DNA of 61,812 bases, counting the filler, from Choristocarpus tenellus KU-1152 (lineage: Eukaryota > Protista > Phaeophyceae), in NCBI GenBank assembly GCA_964200185.2. It is 12 parts of 12 records of this genome, joined end to end, with 100 filler letters (N's around TTAATTAATTAA, not from the genome) between each part and the next. Parts side by side here need not be neighbours in the genome. Positions count along the whole stretch, not along the records: positions 46,546 to 53,591 come from CAXNAD020006794.1; positions 53,692 to 58,785 come from CAXNAD020011897.1; positions 58,886 to 61,812 come from CAXNAD020023597.1; 9 more parts are not named here. One strand, given 5' to 3'. How positions within the stretch are numbered: the stretch's first letter is position 1; each line of letters begins with the position of its first letter. Below are positions 49,243-60,813 of this stretch, in pieces. The position numbers and the translations under genes were made by a program. The notes under the pieces are model-generated. The model did not search any database. It was not told where the DNA came from and saw only the letters and a list, made by a program, of their open reading frames with translations.

Positions 49243-52200
49243 GGATACATAATCCCTCCAATTGTGTATATAAAAAACAGTGGTTAGAACCTGTTGACCC
49301 CGTAGGATCGTGGAGATCAGGAGTTCAAGGAAATACTGCAATTTTAATTCCTTGTACTGCGCAACCAGTTGCCACGGAGAGGGGCCCGAATTAATGCCCT
49401 GCAAGCAGGTGGGATGTTCATTACCAGGAGTAGACTATTGACAGCAATCGATCAAAGAAAATGTGGTATTACTACCAGTAGATATCTTTCATGACCAAAA
49501 GCGAGGTGAGTCGACACACAAACCTACTCCTAACTCACAAAATTATGATAAAAAGGTTACTCCTAAGATATGTAACCCAGTGGTAACTGTTATTTCATGT
49601 AGCTCAGGGACTTAGATTTCCGTACTAGACTGGATCCGAAGCCATATGCATCCATTTTAGTATGGTAATCTCTATGTCCCCTCGGTTACAGTAGGAGTAC
49701 ATCATTATATAGCGCAGTCCAAAGAGGGGCACGGAAACGAATGTAATTCTGGGAAACATCCAGACTTCTCAATATATAAGTCACTATTATCGTCTGGATA
49801 CATGCTACCCTTCCATGGAACCGCCTTTTTTGGCAGGGGATTTGAAAATAAAGCAGCAACACAGCTGAGACATACCTCTAAATATAGCGGATATGCCTTG
49901 AACTTGTAGTTTGTGCGACTCTCGCGCACATATCTAGTTACCAAGGCAGTACTAACCTTCAACGGAGCATCATTGCTCTATCTGCAAGTAATGGTCAGAA
50001 CACTTCTTCTAATACAGTAGATCAATTATTGATACATCCAGGTAATAACTAGCCGACGAAACCACCTCATAATACAACAATCTGCAGCGTTTCTTTATTT
50101 TATACCAGGTGATGCACACCGAACTTTCCTGCGTAATCACTCCATGGCTGGAACTTTAGTGCTGATACCCGCTTGAAGGTAGTCGGGGGTAGGCCTCTGT
50201 ATGCTCCCGGCCAGCCATGCGACAAACAATCTCGAGAACTACACTATAGGTGACAGTGAGGCCATAGAGGATCATCGCTGTTGGTTGAGACGATAAAGGA
50301 ACTGAAGGTGACCAATAGATCGGCAGTTGTTGTTATTGTCATCCCTCATCGATTTCGATTAGGTATGCCCGATACCTGACCTTCTCTTCCCTAGAGTGGT
50401 ACTTCGTACGTGTATATTTTTGCAATAGTTTGGTCTTGTGTCACCCTCGTGTCCTGTGTCGTTCGCAATCCAACAAAGATGTTCTGAGAAAAGATGAGGG
50501 GGCGCGAAAATGGATTTCGCGAATAAGGATAAATAAAACCATGAAATGATGCCCTTCGATTCCATAGGTTCCTTGCTCGTCGTTATCACCACTACCAAGT
50601 AAACGTCATCCTATTATATGTATTCATTGTCGTAGATTGTTGGTAACCAGAACAAACTCTGGTACTGGTGTTACAAACAACCAGAACAAACTTACGTCGA
50701 GGTTTCTGCAGTATGTGCAGATACTAGTACAATGTATGGCCCATAGTTTACGATGAGCAGCGTACTTCTAGTCTCCATACACCTACTACTAAATTGGGCA
50801 TGGCTGAGCAGAGAGCAAATCCTTACAGATTGTTGTTGTTGAAGACACATTGGCAAGAGATATAGGGCTGCCCAACCGCAGTGTCACGACACAACTTCGC
50901 TGACGTCGGTTCTTCGCCTTAGCGGGCACGAAAACAAGAGGCCAAGAGTCGCACTCAGTAAAATATGGAGAGATAGAAAGGTATTAGGCCTCGATTTCCG
51001 TTTCAAAAAGCAGTGAAAGATTGAAGATTTCTTGTGACAATCTACTTTGTTGGAAATTCACGACACACGCAACTGACAAAAACCTGTATGGACCGCTCAT
51101 AGGATACTGTGTGAGGAGAGTGTGATAATTGTGTTTGAGGTCGAGATCAGAATATCTTCTTCAAAGGACGAAGTCCGCAATCTCACTGTGTCCAAGAGTT
51201 GGTAGAGTCTCAAGGATATGCTCTCGTGGGGAAATTCTGTGGGTTGAGGAAACGGGTTCAGATGTTGGAGTATAGATAAAGATTTCAGGGCAATCAACCA
51301 CTAGAAGTCTTCAAAACACACAGTGGTCGACCAAACGGTGATACTTCATGAAGTAGTAGAGAGGGGACTATATACCATGCATACATACCAAGATAAAGAT
51401 GGAAACCTCTAGAAGCGCGCGCTGCGCGCTTGACCAGAGTGATTACTGAGAAACTGCGCGATTCCTCAAACAAAGGGTCGCATGTTCGATCCTCCGCGCA
51501 TAGACACAACCCTACGAGCGCAGTCACTTCAAAGCATCGTTACAAGGAGGTAGTGACTGTGAAAATTTTCGGTGTCCTCATCTCTCGCCGATTTTTTCGT
51601 ACACTGACTGGATTTCTCCACGTTCGTCTGTTGTTGAAACTTCCGTTTTTTGGGGTCACTGGAAGGTTAGTTGATAATACGATCATACAGAGACTAGGTC
51701 GCGCGGTATGACTGCGACACAACTCGTGGATCATGGTGCGATAGTCATATGCGCTCATTTCCTGCATCAACCATTTCGAGAAGTATCATGTAGCGCAAGG
51801 GTAAGGAGTTTGTTTGCAAGAGAGCGGCCTTCGTGGCGAGGTATGCGTTCGGCTAAACGATAGATCGCGAAAAATATTTATCTGTGTAGATGTTGACGCG
51901 AACGCTAAAAAAAACACCTAGTCATGACTCCTGCAGTAATTATGGTAGCGTCAATCCGCAGTGTGTCTTCAAATACGTTCGAACCCATAAAAAGCTCGTC
52001 ACGGAGAAATGTACTCCCAGATACACACACGCCTGAACAGTATTTCGAAAACCGTGAACCTTCAACAAACACGACACAATCGACGTGTTGACAGTTCTGT
52101 ACTTTCCCTCTGTTGGACATATTTGTACCCTGCAACGATAAGTAACGCCTGTTGTGCAACGTGTGCCCCAGGTTTCACTCTGGTTGGTGACAAATCGATT

Positions 52201-52413
52201 AAGCTAAGAGGAAACGAATACAGTAGATTGACCAATTGTTATGGTGTCGGAACATATTTTTGCAAGTGAGACCGTGCGCGCAGGAAAATCGATTGACGAG
52301 ATCTCCTGAACTGTTGTGTCCTAAGCAATGGAAGCAATAGCTGCGAGAGAGGAGCCTGAACTTTGCATGGCATCTTGGTCACTTGTCATACATGGTGATG
52401 ACAAAGATTTGTT

Positions 52414-52451
<38 letters not shown>

Positions 52452-53591
52452 CCCCTCCCCCCCTCCCCCGTCCCCCCCTCCTACTCCACTTATCATGTGT
52501 TTTTTNNNNNNNNNNATACATGGTGATGACAAAGATTTGTTTCCCCCCCCCTCCCCCCCTCCCTCCCCCCCTAATGTAGCTATGCATGCATTCCATGCTG
52601 ACCTATAATAATCCAGTTGAGGAATGTTTCTGAAACTACGTTCTATCCCTCATTACGTCTTTTCATCCAAATATGAGTAGGAGTGACTTGTGCTTGGGTG
52701 CAAAGTTTCCTTCAGTATTAGGGCACGTGCATCAGTCTTGTTACTGGACCAGCTGAAAATCACCTAGCTGGCCCTGGGACAAAGATAAGCGTTCAGACAG
52801 GAGATGCGCACCCGCAGAGGGCTACTGGGCTCCAACAAGATGACCCCGGTGAAAGATAGCCTTTCAGGTACAGAGCTTGCTTGCATTCAACCGCCTTCGC
52901 AATGACCAATAGAAGGGATTAAAATGGGATGTACTCTCCAATGAGAGAGCATCTCTGACTGTGACCATTAGCATGCATCTGAGACAGAGACCACCTGCGA
53001 ATGTGTTTTCTCCTATCTCAGCAGTTAGGGCGGAGATGCAGCACGTGGGCAAAGTAAGCTCAACTTCAACTTTCAAGGACAAGACTGGCAGCAGTGACTC
53101 CGATGGATCTGTCTCTCAACCCCTGAAGAAACGACATCCCTCTTCTCGGAATAAAAGCAATAACAGCAATGCCAACCCGTTGCAGGAGGTTTGGTGGTCT
53201 ACAATAACGCCCCTCCCCCCCCCCCTTTTTTTGTTGTTGTTCTGTCGTTATTGTTTTTCTTCACCACTGATAATAAGTGTTTATATTTACTTGCATGATT
53301 TGTTCCCATACAAGGAGGCGTGCACGTTTCGTTCTAGCCCTCCTCGCCCTACGTTGTATGCATGTGCTTTCCCAGTCCGCAGTTTTTTTGCCTCCAACAG
53401 CTGTTGTCTCACCTTGGGCTTTTCTCCGTGCCGCTCCAGCGCGTCAACGTATACTCTTGCGTCAATACAGATGACATTTTTTTTTTAGTCAATCTTGTCT
53501 CTCCAACCCCCGTTCAGCTTGCCCTTGATCTCTCCCTCTACACCTCCTCTTTCCACGGTGGCATGCTCCACACACACACACAAACACACAC

Positions 53592-53691
53592 NNNNNNNNN
53601 NNNNNNNNNNNNNNNNNNNNNNNNNNNNNNNNNNNTTAATTAATTAANNNNNNNNNNNNNNNNNNNNNNNNNNNNNNNNNNNNNNNNNNNN
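53592..53691. other. Artificial contig linker
   Basis: N44-TTAATTAATTAA-N44. Confidence 0.97.
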
Positions 53692-53711
53692 CCCCCCAGA
53701 TACGTTGACCC
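53692..53711. mobile_element. MITE family A terminus at contig start
   Basis: ccccccagatacgttgaccc. Confidence 0.6.
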
Positions 53712-54534
53712 ATCAGTAGACGACGTGTCACAGTTATCCTTCCTCACATTCTGATACGAGTGGAAATATTGCCCACAACGACTACAATATTCCAAGTGGA
53801 CACTAGGACGTACGATGTTGGTGGCTCAACTCTCAATACGATATGAGGTGACTATTCGACCATTACATCATGTCGGAGGGTTCATGCCACTCAAGAGCAA
53901 AGAACAAATGTGACTCACTTGAAGTCTCCACACTCACTTGGTGGTAGACTCGAGTCTTTGTTGTTGTGGTATTTTGTGGGGGGGGTTAGTCATTTCATGA
54001 CGATCAATAAAAATACACTTCATGAAAAAATCGACCAATTCCTCCAGAAAACGCTCGCCAACTTTGCAATTGTTGCATCTAACGTGATGAGAGTTCTTCT
54101 ACATAACAAATGGTTGACCAAATATTGTGCTCTTATTAGAAAAAAACTTAATGCTCCAAATTACAATTTAATTACACTCCTTCTGAAAAAATCATTCGGG
54201 GACGAAAAGACCTCTTCCAGTTCTTCAAAAACTCGTCGTTCACAAAATTAATTGTCGCCCCGTATTATAGATACGTGCAATACAAGGTTTGAGGTTTTAG
54301 CACATTTCCAAACAATAGAGAAATCAACCTTTGTCAAGTCAATCTCAGAACCTCACCCACAGGAAACATTTGTAATAATAAACTTACACAGGAACCAGAT
54401 CATCCCCACTCCATTCAGCCCCTTGTAGTACCCTTGGCGCCACCCATGTATACCTTATCTCCAGAAGAAATCTCCCAATACCTCAAACACCACAAGTCAA
54501 ACTTTCACAAGCATATACCCTACCCTGACCACAC

Positions 54535-55180
54535 CCCCACAAGTCACCACAATCACAGTATGTAATTCATCTTCCTTACATCTTACCACTACAACATTTA
54601 TGCGGCATCCGTCCACTCATTCTGTTACGTCTCGAATCCTAATTCCCTTCCACCTTCGACCTTCTGATTTACTTCACACAAATTGGTAACAAAAGTATTA
54701 TCAGGTGACCCTCCCTACACTGTACCACCACATCTCTGGCATCCACTTACACTTACAATTCTGTTGTGCCTCAAATATATTTTCCTTACAAACCGTCGAA
54801 ATTCTGAGTACCTTCACACAAGTCGAAAACGAATAGCTTACCAATTGACCCTCCTTGCACCTCACCAAGCAGTATTTCAATACCACCACTCCTGCATCAC
54901 ACGATCACTTAGTCATGCCTTCCATTCGACTTGCTTAACACTGTCCACATGCCGATAACCTTTATACAAGTCGATAATGAAACATCATGAGTGGTCCTCC
55001 TTCCACCTTACCACCACATCATCACTCATGCTGCATTTGCTCATTTGGTTACTCCATAAATTCTCCTTGGTCAACACTGTCCAAATCCTTCTTTCCTTAG
55101 TCCAAGTCAATTACGAAAACAATCTCGATTCGCTCTCCTTGTACCACCATTTGAATGCGGCATACTCTCCTTCGGTCCCG
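54535..55180 (-). repeat. Ancient diverged ~140-bp tandem repeat x5
   Basis: Recurring blocks (gatgc..gtggtggta..aaggag..gacttgtg on the - strand) with anchors near 54540, 54679, 54818, 54967, 55103. Confidence 0.55.
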
Positions 55181-55647
55181 CCTCGATTTATAGTGGTTGT
55201 TGCCATTCATATTCATCTTGTCTTCTAAGAACATACCGTTCTCATTGCCTCATAATTGTGCATCAACCACTGCCCACGCCTGGTCAATGGAAGTCTACGA
55301 AAGATACCCTATCTTGTAACAACTTTGCTCTGTGCTTGTCAGTGAACACGATGAAGAGGAGGGCAAAGATGATCGATGCACAATAGCATTGGCCTCATCA
55401 CATGGTTCTTGGACGGGATTAAGAAATTTGTGCCCTTTGCAACGACACTGCAAGAGGAATCTCCATTGAGAAGTGTACCACAACATCGTTCAAATCCAGA
55501 TCTTCCTTCAGGTGTTCAAGCAGGAGTTCAATACCCAGAGTACACCCCCAGGCATACCTCTTCATTTTTCCACCAACAGATTTGAACTTCCTTCTCAAAG
55601 AGGACAGAGGACAGGGTGACCCGCACAACGAGCCACTGAAGTGCATG

Positions 55648-56056
55648 GGGGAGTCCTCCTGTCTTCGGGAGGCCCCACCATCTTTGGGGAACCCCTATTG
55701 TGATATTTTTTCCTTCTTTAAACGAATCTTAAGGATATTCTTTACACACTGGTTAGGGTAAGGGTAGGGTAAGGGTAAGGTTAGGGTTAGGGTTAGGTGT
55801 TAGGGTTAGATTCTCGAAAAGAATTATGAAAAAGTGAAAAGTGGTGGACCCTTGAGAGGTTGTGATTACCCAATGTACACTATACTTCACCACATCTGGA
55901 ATGTTTCCTCGGCAGGTTAGGGATATTTTTTACATACAAGTTAGTGTTAGTGTTAGTGTTAGGGTTAGGGTTAGGGCTAGGCTTAGGTCTCCAAATATCC
56001 GTTCATTATAGTTAAAAAATGATGACACCAGGGCTCTTGAAGATAGGGGACTCCCC
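55648..56056. mobile_element. TIR element carrying two TTAGGG-like arrays
   Basis: Ends GGGGAGTCCTCCTGTCTTC / GAAGATAGGGGACTCCCC; arrays at ~55752-55809 and ~55940-55987; flanks tg/tg. Confidence 0.7.
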
Positions 56057-57060
56057 TGTGGCTGCGCCATCAAGCAAGCTGAGGTGTACATCATGTTATA
56101 TGCACTTGTAGAACCTTTTGGAAAGACAGACCTTCTTCATCGAGGAATAAGTGAAAGAGAGAGAGGCATATATACATATGACTCGGCCCTTTTCAGCCAT
56201 TGAGGGCACATTGATAACGAGCCTCGCGCGACCCAGCCCTTCATGCCTCGAGGTGCACATGTCCTCCTGTACTCCTCCGCACACATTTTTATTTTTTTTC
56301 CAGACCAATCTCATTTGGATGAAAGAAAATACTTAACCAATAATCTGTCCTCTCCTTTGTTTACGTGCTTCTCGAGGCGAACAAGAAACGAATTTATTGG
56401 ACAGTATGCAAGACAACTGCACCCTCTGTCTCAACCAGATATTTTTGGACACTTACATGCTTGCCCGAAAGGTTTGGGACAGAAATAGTCAAGAGATCCT
56501 GTATTACAATTGTTGCAAGCACAACGAGGCCAAAGGGATGCATCTTGAACCTGAACACGAAAAAAGAGACTTCCACCCAGACACATCTTGTGAGCACCAT
56601 GTGCAGAGGTATTTTTTTTAATACTATCATATCAATGACACAAAATATGAGTAGCCTATGTCTTAACACCAGAAATGCAATGTCCTCGTTTATGGGGTTT
56701 ATGACGACCTTCCTTGCCGATTGTGCACAAGCAATATTTGAACATGAAAACGGAAAGAATGCCTCAGAAAGTGTAGAGACTGCAAACACAAAAACTTGAT
56801 GTACCAAACCCATCCTGCTTGATGTCTTTGTGCACCACTGTTTCATGCACAAAATTGCCATTCAGAAAGAAGATAGAGTGCTGGAGTTAATCAAACAATC
56901 TTTCAGATGAGTAGTAGCGGGATCATTAGAACCTGACCGGCGACTACTAAGATGTTCATTACGGTACCTACACAAGTAAAGATGTAAGAAAGCCAGCATG
57001 AGGTATACAAATTTGGCGTATGTGGTGTTGGCAGTCGCCTCTAGGATCAGACCGGCCTTG

Positions 57061-57355
57061 ATTAATTTCATGGAGATGTAAGGCGTCCTGATCGGTGATC
57101 AGCACATCAAATTAAAGGTGAGATCAAATGGTGTCGATCGGGGCAAATAAATCCGGTCGCAAATTACTTTGTGTTGAGTTAGTAAATGCCGAAAGGTTGG
57201 GTTGAATTGCCAAAAAAAATGAAAATAGCTGAAAATCATACCAATATATTTTTTTGCGACCAGAGCTCTTTGCGCCAATCAACTGGTCAAGATCTCAGCT
57301 TTAATTTGATACGTTGATCACCGATCAACTCGCCTTATATCACCTCGAAATTAAT
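57061..57355. mobile_element. Small foldback/MITE with ~110-bp imperfect TIRs
   Basis: attaatttc..atgtaaggcg..tgatcggtgatcagcacatcaaattaaaggtgagatc vs gatctcagctttaatttgatacgttgatcaccgatca..cgccttatat..gaaattaat. Confidence 0.8.
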
Positions 57356-57556
57356 GGAGATGAGCCGACCTCAACAGTTTCGTTCCTGCAAATACGCTCT
57401 GTACGAGGCTTTCGGAGCTTATCCTTCGCACGCAGCTCACCAAAACGTAGAGTGTCCATGCAGAGCTCGGTATAACGACTGCAGAAGCCCCTCTGTCGAA
57501 GGACATGCTGGATATCGTGGTGCGGCCTCTACCTCCGAGCTTCAAGTTTCACAGAA

Positions 57557-57736
57557 GACCTAAAGTATCTGGGGGAGGGGCGGGGGTCTACACCCTGGTG
57601 TCCATTTGGGTCAAGATCAGGAAAAGTGCATTTACATTATCCATCCGAATTATGCAACCAAATCACCCAAAAATCGCGACACGAAAAAATTGACCCCAAA
57701 TGGACAGCCGCCACTCCCCCCCAGATACTTTGAGCC
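57557..57736 (-). mobile_element. MITE family A, full copy
   Basis: GACCTAAAGTATCTGGG/CCCAGATACTTTGAGCC; 4-bp TSD agaa. Confidence 0.92.
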
Positions 57737-58785
57737 AGAAGTCAAAAGGCTGAGGTTGGGCAGAGCGCACGCGTTGGTGATTGCCGTGTGTTGAGAGGGT
57801 GACTCGCGCTTGATCGAGTGGACCAGCCAATCACTGCGGAACAAGAAATCAATAAGGGGTTGCAACTACGACGGAGAGCATGTATTCTTGGTCAAGCTTG
57901 ATGATGAGGGCTGGCTGGCTACTGTCTGACGAGCTTTTAGGCACAACAGTGGAGCTACAATAACATTAAAGAGTTTAGGGTCACACAGAGATAGATGAGA
58001 CATGGAGGATCACGGCTCTTTTTCTCCCGTGATCTCCCGTGAAAAACTCGTCCTGGGAGAGGAGAAACAGCCCTCCAATCCAGATACTGGACGACGGACG
58101 GACTGACGTATAATGAACTCGATTTTAGTTAGGAAAATCACCCTCTCGCCCATCCCGCCACAACCAACTCCAACCTATTAATAATGCTACGAGTGATTCA
58201 AGGGTCACATCAAGCTTTGTTTCGACGAAAAACTCGACTCCGATCAAAAGTTAGAGCAGGACGAATTCTGTCTTAGAGGCGACTGCCAACACCGTACACA
58301 TATTATTATGCCCTTCGATACTTTGGAGACGTGTCAGGGAAAAAGCCAATTCGATATCATAAGGATAATTTGGCGTATCATACAGTATTTGAGTAGGTCA
58401 ACGTGTGGGAACCTCCCTGTTTTTTTTCTTTTTCGGTTTTTCGGTCTATTGAAGCCAAGTGCATCCATCAATAACGTGTGAGCAACAAATACCTTCTCTT
58501 CGCGCGTCTGGACGAAATTGAACGTATGTAAAAGCAAAACCCAATACACTGTATACACGCGTATGTAAGAAGGGTATCTCAAGCAATGATCATTTTAGGG
58601 AAAAGATGATACAATATATCTAAGCACGTATGACATATGAAAATTTCTCTATGGTATGGAGAAAATCACGTTTGATACTAAAATAATCCTCAGAGTGTTT
58701 TTCTATATTATTTTCCGGTCTTTATGAAACAGGTGGAAACAGCCGACAGGTTCTTCGTAATGAAGGGGAGCGGGAAGACCCACAG

Positions 58786-58885
58786 NNNNNNNNNNNNNNN
58801 NNNNNNNNNNNNNNNNNNNNNNNNNNNNNTTAATTAATTAANNNNNNNNNNNNNNNNNNNNNNNNNNNNNNNNNNNNNNNNNNNN
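58786..58885. other. Artificial contig linker
   Basis: N44-TTAATTAATTAA-N44. Confidence 0.97.
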
Positions 58886-59089
58886 GTTCTCTTCTCTGTG
58901 TTCTCTTGTTTGTTGTTTGTGGGTGGTTGGGGGGTGTGGGGGGAGGATTCTGAATTTCTGTTCAGGTACAGAGTGCTGATGAGAGGAGTGTGTTTTTGAC
59001 CTGTCAGAATCTCTCTCGAGCTTTTTATGCCATGGTGACCTTGACTTGAGATTGCTGAAGGAGTGCGTGCGCACGTGCGTCTGTCCACG

Positions 59090-59092
<3 letters not shown>

Positions 59093-59130
<38 letters not shown>

Positions 59131-59165
59131 CTGTGTGTATGTGTATGTGTATGTGTGTGTTTGTG
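59093..59165 (+). repeat. (GT)n microsatellite
   Basis: Directly visible. Confidence 0.95.
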
Positions 59166-59410
59166 AAACCTGCCACTCCTGCACTTTGAACAGGGGCAGG
59201 AGGAGGACTTACCCCCCATCTTTTATCCACTTCAAGTATCTACCTTGAACAAGCCCCTGGTGCGGTTTGTGTTCCTGTCATGCCCTTTTCACATTCTGGA
59301 GTGAAATTTTTTATCGCCCATCTAAAAATAAAAAAACAAACCGTTGTTGGAGTGGATCCCCCCACCTTTACCTAGTTGTCCCTTTTCTCATGTACCGTTC
59401 TGTCTTTCAG

Positions 59411-60485
59411 GTACTTCGGCACTGCCCCTGAGCCCTGGAACTACCTTCTCAAGGGCATGACCCTCCTTCCCGACAGCATCATGGGAGATCGGGCACTCAT
59501 GCAAGGCCTTGCCAAGTTCTCGGAGCCACTTGTTCGCATCACAGACAAGTTGGTAAGGGGTCGATTTTGTGCAGTGACCCTAATAGTAGCCAGTTGTTGT
59601 TGTTGTTGTTGTTGTTGTTGTTATTATGTCTCTGTGTATGTGTGTAGGCTAGAGCACGATTCAGTCGGGGACCCTGTCATCCCTAGCGGCAAAAGAGTTC
59701 TACCAAAATTGTCTAGATCCTCCGATTTTTTCTGTTATTTTCATTAGGAACGGGGCGAAAAAATCTTACCTTGAAATATGGAAAAATATGACATTTTGGA
59801 GTAGTGGTTTTGTGATTAGGAATGAGGAACGGTCCACTCTTATTCCATGTCTCACACAGTCCCAGTTCCTTTTTCTGGAGGGGGCAGTGAGGGACAAGTG
59901 AGTGAGCAAGTCTACCAGGCAATCCAGACCACTTCCGTCTGACACCACTAGAAGACCTCAACCAGTGCCGCTCTCCACTCCTCTCCCCCCATCCACTTCC
60001 ATCCCCTGATGTGCCGGTCAGTCGAGCTACACCTTGGCCTATTGGGATAATAGTATTCCCTCCCCTTGAAAGCGCTGATTTTCGATAATCTTTTGTTTGG
60101 GCCCATTAAACAAACACGCCTTCCACTGCAGCGAACCCCGCTACAGTTTCCTCCTGTCCTTCATCTAGATCTAGTCTTTACTACATGTCCATGAAAAGTT
60201 AACTCCTAAACTATTTGCTTCTTCAATTGGTGCTGAAAGGTTGGGGCTACAAATGCCATGCGGTTGGATGCACGTGCCCGGGATGGGAGGACAGCCTTAC
60301 TGATGTATGCACATGAAGATTTGGAGGTCTGCGTGGGGATTGCTACCGCCGCCTTTGCCATGGCAACCCTCAGAGGGGATGTGAGCACGTTCTTCTCCTT
60401 GTAACACCCTTCACAATTTATTTTCACATGCACACGCCTTCCCACAACGTCTAAAGTTTTTACTAAATAAAATATCTCTCTGAAT

Positions 60486-60518
<33 letters not shown>

Positions 60519-60813
60519 ACGCGAAAACACCGGGTCAGTTCACCCCCGGCGGGGTCTATGAGGGGGGAGACCGACCAACAGGTTTTNNNNNNNNNNTGCA
60601 CCCGCCTTCCCACAACGTCTAAAGTTTTTACTAAATAAAATATCTCCCTGAATGTCCCCCCCCCCCCCTGCCCATTCCAACCAAAAGGTAAAACCAGGGG
60701 TATGGTTCCCAGAGGAGGCGTTTATGAATGAGGCAAACCGACAGAAGCTGTTTCAAGAGGCAACCATTGGATCTTTCCTTTGGGAGAGCACCATCAAGGA
60801 GAACCTGGGCTAG
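59411..60813 (+). CDS. Saccharopine-dehydrogenase-like oxidoreductase (plant At1g50450/cyanobacterial type), last three exons: 59411-59552, 60240-60380, 60688-60813
   Basis: YFGTAPEPWNYLLKGMTLLPDSIMGDRALMQGLAKFSEPLVRITDKL|VGATNAMRLDARARDGRTALLMYAHEDLEVCVGIATAAFAMATLRGD|VKPGVWFPEEAFMNEANRQKLFQEATIG...* with GT-AG introns in phase. FGTAP-x2-WN, ATAAF and PGVWFPEE match that family as recalled. 5' part not identified here. Confidence 0.85.
59594..59622 (+). repeat. (TTG)n microsatellite in intron
   Basis: Directly visible. Confidence 0.95.

Noticed and set aside
49009-49404. Recurring peptides such as KYLGGG...IIHPTY..KSPK and PTPKHFGVGKM in many ORFs
   Set aside because: Translations of non-coding MITE A/B copies; frames and stops are not conserved between copies.
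49705-53190. Possible exons in the CpG-rich contig (e.g. 49876-49977 on -, 52961-53188 on +)
   Set aside because: Individual splice-like sites exist, but I could not build a consistent reading frame or recognise a product.
55752-55987. True chromosome end
   Set aside because: Arrays are short, degenerate, internal to a contig and enclosed by TIRs.
56365-56861. Overlapping 144-aa (+) and 155-aa (-) ORFs
   Set aside because: No recognisable motif or clear splice boundaries, so neither can be supported.
10297-58885. Recurrent TTAATTAATTAA palindrome
   Set aside because: Always centred in exactly 44+44 N. It is a synthetic six-frame-stop linker, so adjacency across it has no biological meaning.
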